From Octopus bimaculoides (lineage: Eukaryota), in assembly GCF_001194135.2 (NCBI RefSeq), contig NC_068981.1:36652308-36716307 (forward strand): a DNA stretch of 64,000 nt, given 5' to 3'. Shown here one piece after another: positions 13,105 to 25,240 of this stretch. The translations under genes and the position numbers were made by a program. Each line of letters begins with the position of its first letter. The stretch's first letter is position 1. A model generated the notes under the pieces. That model was not told where the DNA came from. It ran no database searches and saw nothing but the letters and a program-made list of their open reading frames with translations.

Positions 13105-14396
13105 TGAGGTGGCATCAAAAAGTTCCCGGACTAGTTTTATAACATGCCAACAGATGGCAGCACATGGTTGTGTGTGCAGTGAGAGCTAACAGTGACCTTC
13201 ATGAGACAGTTTGCTGAGTGACATTGCCGTGTTTACTTTGCAAGTTGTGAAATTTGTGTTTTTATGATCATGTGTATGCTGTAGTCTGCAATTTTGTCAT
13301 GGGCAGGAATAAAGAGCCAACTTTGTGTTAAACTTGGGCAGTCTGCAACAGAGACATCGAGCATGCTTTGGCAAGCTTATGGCGATGAGGCAATGGGTCT
13401 TATGCAATGTTTCGAGTGGCACAAGTGCTTCAGAAGTGCAAGAACGTTCCTGGGAAATGATAAGCGATCTGGAAGACCTACCACAAGTGTCACCCCTGGA
13501 AATGTGGAGAAAATTCATAAGCTTGGGCATGAGGATCGTTGGAGGACAATCAGTGATGTTGCTGATGTTGTTAGTTTGTTGTATGGGTTCGTGCAGATAA
13601 ACCTAATGTCTGAATTGAACATGCGGTGTGTCTGCCAAGTTTGTCCCCTGTCTGCTGACCACTGAGCAAAAAGAACATTGCACTGAAGTCTATCAAGATC
13701 TCCATCATTGTGCCACTGATGACCCATCCTTCATGTCAAGGATCATCACTAGTGACAATTGTTGAATCTATGGGTATGGCCCTGTTATGAAGCAGCAGTC
13801 ATCACAATGGAAGAGGTTTTCATCTCCTCAACTGAAGACAGTACGACAGAACTGCAGCTCAATGAAGAACATGCTCATCGTTTTTTTCGACATCCACAGT
13901 ATTGTGCATCAAGAATTAGTCCCCCAGGGCCGGACTGTCAATTGAGAGTTCTACTGTAACTTTTTGAGGCATTTGAAAGAGAATACTTGGTAAAAGCAAC
14001 TGGATCTGTGGAACACTAAGAATTGAATTCTTCATGACAACAATGCACCCTCCTCACTCGTGAGTTTCTTGCCAAAAGCAACATGGTATCACTTCTGCAC
14101 CTGCCCTATTTGCCAGATTTAACACCTGCAGACTTCCATCTCTTCCCCAAGATGGAAATGCAACTCAAGGGTCACCGTTTTAATACTGTTGTCGAGATCC
14201 CAAGTGTATCACAGAAGGTTCTCCACTTACTTATGGAAAATGACTTACAGGCCAGATTCCAAAAATAGCAGGAAGACTTGGACTGGCGTATTGCTGTGTA
14301 AGGTGACTATTTTGAAGATGATGATGTTAAAACTTAGGTAAATAAGTTATTTCTTATTAAATATAACTAGCACAGGAGCTTTTTGATACCATCTCA
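13105..14396 (+). mobile_element. Full-length mariner transposon (1292 bp), inactivated
   Basis: TA TSD at both ends; TIRs TGAGGTGGCATCAAAAAGTTCCCGGACTAG and CTAGCACAGGAGCTTTTTGATACCATCTCA; transposase motifs CVKLGQSATET, RSGRPTTS, ITSD, HDNNAP, YLPDLTPADFHLFPKM, with stops and frameshifts. Confidence 0.95.
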
Positions 14397-14644
14397 TAGA
14401 TGAGGTTCCAGGAAGAGTCATTGAAGGAAAGAGAGGAATGGGTTTCTTGGTAGTAGGTCAGAAGGGGGGAGATGACAGGGATTTGAGGTGGTAGAGAAGC
14501 TATGAGGAGCTTATTTGTGTCCCATTATTCATGAACACTAACATGCACACTAACATTACATATACTTGATCCATTTTATTTTTGTTGTCTTTGTACATCC
14601 TATGCATTCAGTAGCCATGATTTTGCTATCATGTAATATTAGAT

Positions 14645-15390
14645 TTTGTACACAATCATCATACAATGCGCCTTTCACTTGGAGAGAAAAGTTTTTTTGT
14701 TGCCAATAGAGTTTATTTTTCCCTTTTCATCACACTGTCAATTATGATCTGAAGACACTCACTTTAACTGCTAGTTAGATCTCATAAGTAAGACAAGATG
14801 TCTACTACTCGTCGAGCAAGTTTACCAGGCTTTCAAAAACGTTTTGTTGGTGTTCTTCCTTTTAACCAATCCAATGCATCTGCTTAATTCAAAGCCCTTC
14901 TTTTCTGTCAGACTGTCTATGATCCAATTGCCCAATTGCATCTCTTGTGCACCCATAATTTACATTGGGTACACAATACAAAATTCTTACCTATAACTGA
15001 TCATAGATGTTCTCTTGGTAGCAATAGAGTTCTGTATTCTTACTTGCTAACTAGAAGTTTAACCTTCGACAGTTTTACTTATGGAATTGCCAGTATATAG
15101 GAATTCCAATGGATAGCATGTGATAGTCTGGAGAACTATAATGAAATGGCTGAAAACTTGTCCCTAATGGAGACATCCATGTAAGCTAAATTCTTTTATG
15201 AACTCGTTGCTAATTCTCATCTTGCTAACATAGTGGGTGCAGCTCTCACAAGCCAGTCTGCTATACCCAGTTTTCTTAGTAAGCACTAAACTACAAGATG
15301 AAAGACCCTGTCAAAGATTTTTTCCAGGTAAATGAATGCTAGGTAGCATAGTTGCTTGTTCTTAACAGAACTTCTGTGGATTTGACTGTA
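14645..15390 (-). mobile_element. RTE LINE reverse-transcriptase fragment with Cys/His insert
   Basis: YLEKIFDRV...LRKLGIADWLVRA...FIIVLQ...CTQCKLWVHKRC...LLATK; frameshifted; continues conceptually into the sequence seen at 55893-56150. Confidence 0.85.
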
Positions 15391-17960
15391 TAACCTTCAA
15401 CTTTAATAACTAACTCTTTGTTGGGCCAACTTGAGAAAGCTTCTCCCCTCTCTCTTTCTTTGCCTGTCTCTGTCTGTTTGTCTCTATCTCTCTCTCCCAC
15501 TCATTCTACTTTTTCAACAATTGTAGCATTTACATGTCTCTTTCTTCTCAATATCAGTGTCATACAGAAAAATGTTGATATATTTGCACTAGTGTAATGC
15601 ATGTGCATGAATGTGTAAGTGTTTAAAAACTCTGTGTATGCATGTGTATGCATGTGTATACCATATGCTTGCATGAGTGTTTACATATGTTCATTCCAGG
15701 AAACTCAAATGAAAATATCTTTGGAACATTTCGGAAATCTCCACTTACAACTAATGAATTGGGTTTGAAAAATGTAAATTAGGTTACTCTGTTCCATCTT
15801 GGAAATCTCCAGAATTCTGAGGCTTTTATGTCAATGTTTGAACTAGTGCAGTTATGATAACAGGTATAAATGAAAATCTATAACTCAGAGACAAGAGCTA
15901 TACATTCTTTATTAGTGCACCATAGATGCTCCTTTTTTTTCATTACTTTAGACATGACATTCACATCTACCAGACACATGACATATACAACAGCACATGA
16001 CTTATGATTCCTGTCTCATATGTACGTATGTACGTATGTATGTATGCATGCATGTATGTATGTATGTATGTATGTATGTATGTATGAATGTACGCATGTA
16101 TGAATGCATGTATGCATGAATGTATGTGTGTATGTGTGGTGATGGTGTATGTATGTATATGTGTGTGTGTGTGTACGTGTGTATGTGTACCTATGTATGG
16201 AAAATTACCTCAAATGCATTTTCATAGCCAGCCAGTGTGAGATAGTTTGGTAAAATTTGGAAATCTATATGCTGGAGAATTTGTTTATACAAGTAGATAT
16301 CCTTTTGACTTTTAACCTCTCATCTATAGAGGAGGAATGACACTAATTAGTAAACGAAGGATACTAAGGCAAGAAAAGTTACGTCTTGTACAGTAGTGAG
16401 GTTTTTAATCATTATATGACTTGTATTCTTAAGAAGAATACAAGAATGCATTCTGTGTTCTCTGTCTCTAACTATCTCAGCTATACATGTACACACTGAT
16501 ATATAGATATATATGCATACATACACACATGTGCACATGTGTATGTGTGTGTGTGGTTTTGTGTGTGTATGTATTAGGTGTGTGTGCTTACAGCTGCACA
16601 CACATTGTGTTAAATTATGCCTGCGAGTAAATATTGTTTCTATTCAAAATCCATCAACTACCATATAGTTGATGTCAATATTTCACCTTTGCATGGCCAA
16701 TAAAATACCTTCCATCATGGAGTTGACTGAATTGACTGCACCACCCTCTTACAAGTGTATGGCCTTGTGCCAATGTTAGAAATCAATATTTCACTTCCTT
16801 AATCTATGTCTTTATATGTGATAAAATCATTTTAGAAGTATCAAAATCTATTAGCTATTGACTCCTTTGAGTATTTCCATTTTTATGTTACATCTGAAGC
16901 CCATAGCCTTTAGGTGAATTATTTAAACTATGCTCTTATGATCTCCATTTAAAATTTCTACAGGTTATAATATAGATAACTTATGTTCATATGAATTTAG
17001 GGGTCAGCTGAAGTCATTAAAGGACTTTAGTAACCTTCAAATAAAATGTACCTTTAGGTCATACCAGTGTTACTGAAGTGATAAATTAATAGTTATTTGG
17101 CTGTACATGAAAGATGGTTTAGAAGCAGTAATGTTTTAAGGCACAACACTTGCAAAAGAAAGCCTTTTTAGAATAGAAGCAAATCCAGTTGGTGACATTT
17201 GTTTTGATTTCTAGTTCAAACCATTTCGTTTCACTTTTGAAGCTAACATAGAAAAGAAATAGCTATGTGGGTAGTGCATTGTACAGCATGCACGTATAAA
17301 AGAAGAGTTCAATTTAACTACACATGCATTGTCATAATTCTTTGCAAAGCAACTCTTCAAGTTGCAGTTATAAAAAGATCATTAGAAAACAATCTTTCCT
17401 GCAACCATATAGAGACTCTCTTGTTAGGAAATTTATGCACGTTGCAAATTTTGATCTCTTTTTTTTCTAGTACTGCCACAGATTCCTTAATGTAAGTTTG
17501 GCCCTTGTCAGTTAGCATGTGCAAAAAATGTTAAGAATTGCATAAAACTTCAGAACACATCTTTGGCTCTTTTATTTATTTTAGTCATTGGACTATGACC
17601 ATGTTGGTGCATCTCTTTGAATATTGTATTGTGTTCCTATTCATGCATCAAGAATTCTAATCTATTTTTCATAATTTCACTATTTTTCTAAATCAGATGT
17701 TTTATTTTAGGCTGATTAATTTTGTATAGCTACTGGAAATAGGAACTAGATCATCAGAGAATGCTAACTGAAATAGACATGCATCCTGTTTAGGAGAAAA
17801 TTTTATCATTCATGCATGTCATACTATGAAACCATACTTAAGTATTGGTGCAGATAATAAGACATTGAAAATGAAAGCCATATTCTACAAGACATTATCA
17901 TGAAAATTTTAGGTACAAATCTAAACTTAAATTCTCTTAGACTGAAATGTTGAAGATACA

Positions 17961-18165
17961 TATCATCATCATCATCATCATTATCATCATTTAACGTCTG
18001 CTTTCCATGCTGGCATGAATTGGATGGTTTGACTGAGGACTGGTGAGCCAGAAGGCTGCACCATGCTCGAATGGTGCTATTTATGTGCCACCAGCACGGG
18101 AGCCAGTCAGCAGCCCTGGCAATGATCATGCTCGGATGGTGCTCTTAACGTTCCACTAGCACGGT
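17961..18165 (-). mobile_element. RTE-family 3' tail copy with (CAT)n
   Basis: CATCATTTAACGTCTGCTTTCCATGCTGGCATG...TTTGACTGAGGACTGGTGA matches the reverse complement of 57150-57228. Confidence 0.8.
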
Positions 18166-19107
18166 TCTTCAAAATATGAGGAATATTCTAGAAGAAATCT
18201 CACTGGAAATTAAAATATTGTGAAAACTTTTGATGGAGAGATTACAAATGGAGAATATTAAGAATAATGTTTTTCTTTGTTTGTTGCTTTTTTACTTCTG
18301 GCTGTTGCAAGGATTTCCATTTTGCTGAACTTGTTTTCTCTTTGTCAAATTCACTTAATCACATCCAATTTTCTTCTTCTCTATGCCCATACTCTATTTT
18401 TCCTACAACATTCCCCTTTCTTTTTGGATTAAACATTGCTTTTCTTGGAACTTCTTTGCTGTCTGTATCTTCCCACTAAGAATTATCAAATGACAATTAC
18501 AGCCACTACTGCTACAACAGCAGTAACAAGAACAATATTAACGAATGAAAGGGTGAACAATAGATGGAGAACTGTCTTAGCCTTGGCACAGAAAAGTTGA
18601 TAAAAATTATAATAAAAGAAAAATGTTTAGCGATTGAAATTAAAATTTGAAATAATTTAAAGCAACATGTAATGTGAAAGGTCAGGGAGAGAAGCAATTT
18701 AAGCTAATAAGCTTGCTTCTCATGTTTCAAATAAACTGAAACTTGTAAAAAAAAAACTGTATTAAAGAGAGATGGAAATAACTAGAAACTTTAAAAAAGT
18801 TAAAAATCACACACACACACACTCTATAACTAAAATGGAAGAAAAGAAATTTTGAAAAGTTAAAGGAAATTTAATACCTAAATTTGTAAAAATTTGTATT
18901 TTATGTTATCCCATTAGTAATAATTTCATGAACTTCAAACCAATAATAATAATAATGATAGTTGTTGTTGCTGTTATTGTTATTATTATTATTATTATTA
19001 TTGTAAATTTTTAGCTTAAGTTATGGCTTCTTTTTTCTTATAAGCATTAGCATTTATGAGAGTAATTTTTACTTCAGAAAAGATTCTCAATGATTCTNNN
19101 NNNNNNN

Positions 19108-19152
<45 letters not shown>

Positions 19153-19178
19153 TATATATATTAAGTATATATATGTAC

Positions 19179-19209
<31 letters not shown>

Positions 19210-20263
19210 TATTAAAGTATGTGGTTGCTTTGGGTTTTATGGTTCACTTTTTACTTTACTAAAACTTTAATCAGACATCCATTCTAGCATTGTAATTTGA
19301 AAATTTTGGGGGAACATTATTGATAATGAAATATGATGTACATCTTTAGCAAAAAAACAGAAAGAGATAGAAAAAGGAAAATAAAAAAAGAATTACCAAT
19401 TACTTTGTCAGATTTTAATGCCCATTCAAGAACATTGTTATGATAATCTTGGCTCTCTTTGAATTCCATTGCAGTTGAGTCATCGTGCCTAAAGTCTATT
19501 TTACCAGTTGCATGTGAAAACTCCTGGGAGAAGTTCTATGAAAGAAAGGAAAATAAGTAAACAAATAAAACCTGCACCAACTAACAAGTTTTCTTCTTGA
19601 AGCTGCAAAACTACTTTGAGTAATGACAGCCACAAATAGTTGGTGGAGCAAAAATTTAAAAATATTATCTCCCATTGGAATTATAAGAATAATGGTCATT
19701 TTCAATATCTTAAATTACTCAAATAGGATGATAGAATGAGAGAAAGGGAGAGTTGGATATTTATAATATTGATTGCAAAAATATCTCTTGATGTTTTTAT
19801 CTATTTATTTTTAATGTGTATTTTACTTGAATTTTCAGTGTTGCATACAGAATAAAGATTATAGTTGTTGTTGGTGTTGTGATGGTGGTTGTAGTAGTAG
19901 TGGGGTGCAGACGATATTGCTAAATCTTCATGATTCATAGATTTATTTTTGTATTTAACAGACATGATTAAGTTCTTATGGATAGTTCAATGTAAGTAGC
20001 TGTTAACTTTCTGTCAGGTTTATCGCAATACTTTCCTTCAACAACTCCTAAATGGTAACAGTCAGGCTAATATGCTTTATATCATTTTCCTGAAAGCAAT
20101 TGTATCAACAATAAAATAGATACTATTTATACTATTTACTGACTTGTATGCATCTAACATGAAATATAAGAAAGCTGATAACTTTATCTTATTCTATAAA
20201 CATTTGATTAATCGAAAAATATGTCCACTCTCACCAGATTTTTGTCATTATCAGAATTTAATG

Positions 20264-20294
<31 letters not shown>

Positions 20295-20379
20295 GAATTA
20301 AGTAAATGACAGGGGAGGGGAACAGGAATTTGACTTCTAACATCAGATTATTAGTTTTGTAATGCATAAATGAAATTTT

Positions 20380-20478
<99 letters not shown>

Positions 20479-21059
20479 ACATATATTTACATAGTTTACT
20501 GCTCCATTATAGGTAGGATCAACAAAAAAAATGCACTCTATTCAGTGAGAGATAAATAATTTAATAATGATAATAATTTATAAGAGAGTTACTAATAGAT
20601 TCCTACTGTAGAGATACATTAATTTGGCATATTTATATAACATGCCATGTGTTTCCAAGCAATCTTCCAGGCTCAGTGTATACCATTAGACCTATTTGAA
20701 TAATAGGATGATGGTCAATGAGAATATATGAGGAAAAACAGGAAGAAAAATGTGAAGAAGGTTGATGCAAAAAGTGAAATGAGAAAAAAGAAAAGTAAGA
20801 AAATCAGGATCGTCATTTGACTTGTCTGTAGAAATTATAATTAATCCGGCTGATGTAGAATAATATAATGGAGGGGAGGTTAATGTCTGTGAGATAGCTA
20901 CTCATTCTGGGAAGAGTGGTGTTTTCTAATTTGCATTTGCTAAAAAATTTGGATCAACCTTTTTCACATTTTGTCCCTCTTTCTTTTTTCTCATGTTTTC
21001 TCATAGACCAGCATCCTGGTTTTCAAATGGGTATAATGGCATGCACTGAGCCTGAAAGA

Positions 21060-21850
21060 TTCCTTGAAGACACATCAGATGTTATATAAGAAGCAAAGGA
21101 AAAGGGAGAGTTTAAACAAAACAGACAAAATGAGACCTTGAACAGATGGAAAGGAAAGAAAATGTATAGTCAATTCTTGCAGGAAATGCCTGAAACAGTC
21201 GACAAAGATAAGATCTGGGAATGGACTAAGTAAAGTGACTTGAAACTTGAAACTGAAGCCCTTATCTTTGCAGCCTGAGAACAGGCATTGAGAACAAACT
21301 ATATGAAGTTCAATCTTGACAAGCCAGTGAGAAAGGTTGAAACAACAAACCACATTATTAGTGAATGTAAGATGCTTACACAAAAAGATTACAAGAGGAG
21401 GCACAACATTGCCAGATTGGTTCACTGGAAGCTCTGTTATGACATGAGTAGAAGCGGGAAATGTTATGAGCACCAACTGGGAAAGGTTGCTGAAAATGAC
21501 CAATATAAGATCCTGTGGGACATGACCAATTTATTGCAGCAAGAAAACCTAACAGTGTTGTCATAGAAATGAAGAACAAAACATTTATTCTGGATGTTGG
21601 TTCATTGTGGGACCATAAGGTGAATGAAAAAAGGAAAGTGAGAAAGTGGAGAAATATCAGGAGCTGAAGCAAAAAATCAGGTAACTAAAGAGAATCAGGC
21701 ACATAGAAGTGGTTGGCACACTAGGAATAGTTAGTTAAAGGTTGGATGCATGGCATGAGAAGCTAGGAATTACCATCAGAATGAGTTTGTTGCAGAAAAC
21801 ATCTTTGTTAAGACTAGCAAGGATTTTAGGGAAGGTGTTAGAAAGTTGAA
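21060..21850 (+). mobile_element. R4/Dong-like non-LTR retrotransposon, C-terminal fragment
   Basis: SDLKLETEALIFAA*EQALRTNY...ETTNHIISECKMLTQKDYKRRHNIARLVHWKLC...YEHQLGKVAENDQYKILWD...LQKTSLLRLARILGKVLES*. Confidence 0.85.
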
Positions 21851-21914
21851 AAAGGAATGACCCAATGGGCCTTTGACTATTTGATATGACTTGCTATTTT
21901 GGTATAGTGTTGGT

Positions 21915-22110
21915 TTCGTGCCGGTGGCACGTAAAAGCACCCACTACACACTCGGAGTGGTTGGCATTAGGAAGGGCATCCAGCTGTAGAAACTCTGCCA
22001 AATCAGATTGGAGCCTGGTGTAGCCATCTGGTTCACCAGTCCTCAGTCAAATCATCTGACCCATGCTAGCATGGAAAGCTGATGTTAAACGATGATGATG
22101 ATGATGATGA
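21915..22110 (+). mobile_element. RTE-family 3' tail copy, well preserved
   Basis: Near-identical to 57035-57228 and ends in (GAT)n. Confidence 0.9.
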
Positions 22111-22169
22111 TTATACAGTAAATAAGAGAAAGATGAGAGAAAGGAAGATGATATCTTGGTGATGGCTAG

Positions 22170-22600
22170 GTATGTAGCAAGAGCATATGGGGAGTGATGA
22201 TAAGGATGGAGGTACTTAGGAGTGAGTTGACAGGAAGTGGTTCTGCGCTGAAGGTGAAATAACTGGTAGTACAGAAGAATGACCAATGGAAAATGTGAAT
22301 GGAGTGAGATTAAAAAGGATGGATGGATGTTAAAGGAAGTGGTTCCAAGTGGTAGGAGAGATTACGAGTAGTTCAGAGAGGGATGATGAAATCTGTAGTT
22401 CTGCTTACATTTAATCACAGCAGCAGAATACTGCAGTAGTTAAGAGAGTGATGGCAGGATCAGTGATATGGAGATGAGGAAGTGGTAAAGAAGGCACGAT
22501 AGGGGAAAACTGATTGAGTGCCCAGTTGTGTGTATGCACAGTATGCATCCAGAGCTTCAGGTTTGTCATGATGAGAGGGTGTTCTTGAATACTGCATATC
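22170..22600 (-). mobile_element. Possible highly decayed Penelope-type RT C-terminal remnant
   Basis: Frames ...ALNQFSPIVPSLPLPHLHIT... and ...ILLYYQLFHLQRRTTS loosely resemble LKFT..SLPFLDL and SIPYSQFLRLRRICS. Confidence 0.3.
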
Positions 22601-23104
22601 ACCAATCATCTTGGCAAAGATAACAACAAAGCGAGATGAAGCAAAATTATTAGTCTGATGCTAAATCAAAAATATGAAAGTAGAAGTGTCCTCAGTTTTT
22701 CAACCTTAAGTTCTTCTTAGAAAGAAAGAAAAGAGTAAAAATAAAGAAAGAGAAAGAAACAAGAGTAATGGAGAAGAACATTTGATTCTGCCACGACATG
22801 ATATAAATGAAGAAAGGTTAGAATAAGTGGAAGTGAAAGGAAAGGATAGAAGTTTCATAAGTAAGAGAGTAATAAGGAGGTAACGATGATACAGTGTGCA
22901 TGAGTGTGTGTGTGCATGTATGTTGCACTGTTTGTCATGCATATGTGCATATGCATGTGCTTTGGTTTGTGTATGGATAGTGTGTAGACATTTGGAGTAA
23001 ATGATAGTATGTGGCATGTGACATGTAGATATAATCACTTGCATACATATATATATACACACACACATATAAGTATATACATACATTTATCTTGTATGTA
23101 TATA

Positions 23105-23274
23105 TCATCATCATCATCATCATCACCCGTTTTCCATGATGGCATGAGTTGGATGGCTTGACCAGCGCTGGCAAGCAGGAGAGCTGCACGAGGTTCCAGT
23201 CTGATTTAGCTTGGTTTCAGTAGCTAGATACCCTTCCTAATGCCAACCACTTTACAGTGTGTACTGGGTGCTTT

Positions 23275-23277
<3 letters not shown>
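23105..23277 (-). mobile_element. RTE-family 3' tail copy
   Basis: (CAT)n followed by CCGTTTTCCATGATGGCATG...CCTTCCTAATGCCAACCAC. Confidence 0.75.
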
Positions 23278-23313
<36 letters not shown>

Positions 23314-23324
23314 TATAGCATGGC

Positions 23325-23980
23325 TAGGTGCAGGCATGGCTATGTGCTAAGAAGTTTACTTCCCAACCACATGGTCCTGGATTCAGTCCCACTGCATGAC
23401 ACCATGGGCAACTGTCCTCTTGTATAGCCCCAGGCTGACCAAATCCCTGAGAGGGATTGAGTAGACAGAAACTGAAAGAAGTCCATCACACACACATACA
23501 CACACACACACACACTGTGTGTGTGTGTCTTGTTAGAAAATTTGTTTCAGACTCATATGGTTACAGTTTCAGTTCCTCTATGTAGCAAGTATCTTCTACT
23601 GTAACTCCTGGCTCACTCTGGTTCACTAAAACCTTGAGAGTGCATTAGGTAGATAGAATCTGAAAGTAGTCCATTGTGCATATGTATGTGGGTGTACGTG
23701 TGTGTGAATGTCATAGTGTCTTCTTGTCTTGGTGTCATGTGATAGTTGTAAATGAGCATCACTGTCATACAAGTGGTATCCTTTATCTCCAATCTTCTTT
23801 GAAAACATGTCTAACCAAAGGGAATTATTACCTTACTTAGAAGCAGGTAAGGGTTGGTAACAGAAAGGTACCCAACCACAGAAAATCTGTCTCAGTGACC
23901 TTAGTCTGACCCATGTGTGTGTGAAAAAGTGGATGTTGAAACAATAATGATGATGATGATGATGATGAAGATGATGATAT
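23325..23980 (+). mobile_element. Composite tRNA-SINE: head, microsatellite, body, (GAT)n tail (possibly nested)
   Basis: GGCATGGCTATGTGCTAAGAAG...GGATTCAGTCCC head homologous to 40551; body and tail homologous to 8655-8884. Confidence 0.65.
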
Positions 23981-25029
23981 GTATTCACACAAACTTATAC
24001 ACATATGCATGTATATGTGATTTAATAGCAATTACATACATGTAATAATGTTATGAAGACCCCTTAAGTAAACCAAATTTGAAGCGCAAATAGGAAGCTC
24101 CATATTTGTATTGAAGAATGTAAACTTCAATATAAGATTATCAATGTTCCAGCAAATTGAAGGGTGTAGGTTTAGTAGTGGTGAAAATTTAGCAGCCTAA
24201 ATAGAATTTAGTTCTATTTAGCTTCCCTCCTCTGCCCTCTGGTTTCAGATCTTGTCATGGTGAACTGCAAGCTTCTATTCAGGAATGGATGTACTTATTA
24301 TCAATCCCATGCTAAAGTTAATTCATTTGGTTGTGCCTCTACATTGCCAGAATTAAATTTGTACTTTAATAAAAGGTGATATTATGAGTGAAAGTTTTAT
24401 TGATAGGACAGAGAAAATTGGCTTGCTTTGCTAAATATATCAGGCAAATCTTTCTCAAATCCCAACTTAATTTCTTCAAAAAGAGGATGGATACATTAGA
24501 GAATGTAGTCCAAGATATTCAGAAATTGGGATGGTCTCTATTGGAGTGCATTTGCTTACAAGTCTGCCTGATTATGCTGACCTGTGTCTAAACAGAACAA
24601 CAAGAATTGTCATATTATTAAATAAGCCAATGATGGAAACTCTATGTGGTTGCTTAACATAAAAGAAATAGCAGTCTCTCAAAGTTAACACTACAATCTT
24701 AAAAACATTAAATAATTGAATCCTAAAAATTTATGCCTGGGAAAAGATGGGATTCACATAAATGAGACCACTTTGATCATAGGTTTCTTTATTCAAGATC
24801 AACCTGGTGATAAATAAAACTCATTATTTGAAATTTCAGGTCCAGAAATATTCATTTCAAGCAACTCCATCCCTTCCTCAAATTTGAGGAAGAGGTAGTG
24901 TTGATTGAATTAACTACAATACTTTATGGCATTTTATTTTATTGATTTTTGGCTTTGGAATGATAAAAAAGTAGAAGTTAACCTAGGAAAGGTTTGAATT
25001 TAGAACATAAAAAAACATGCAAGAATATT

Positions 25030-25240
25030 GGTTTCAAATTTTTGCCCAAGGCCAGTAATTTTGGGGGAGGGGTAATTCGATTTCATTGACCCCACTGTTC
25101 AACTGGTATTTATTTTATTGGTCCCAAAAGGGATAAAAGATAAAACTAACCCTGGTAACATTTGAACTCAGAAAGTAAAGTCAGAAGAAATGCAGCTAAG
25201 CCTTTTTCTGGCATGGTAATAATTCTGCCAGCTTACCATC
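25030..25240 (-). mobile_element. tRNA-derived SINE (family with GAGCTGGCAGAA head and TAAGTACCAG core)
   Basis: Reverse complement aligns to 29221-29405. Confidence 0.7.

Noticed and set aside
14991-15060. Minus-strand AG|GTAAGA donor suggesting an exon
   Set aside because: Lies inside the RTE reverse-transcriptase fragment
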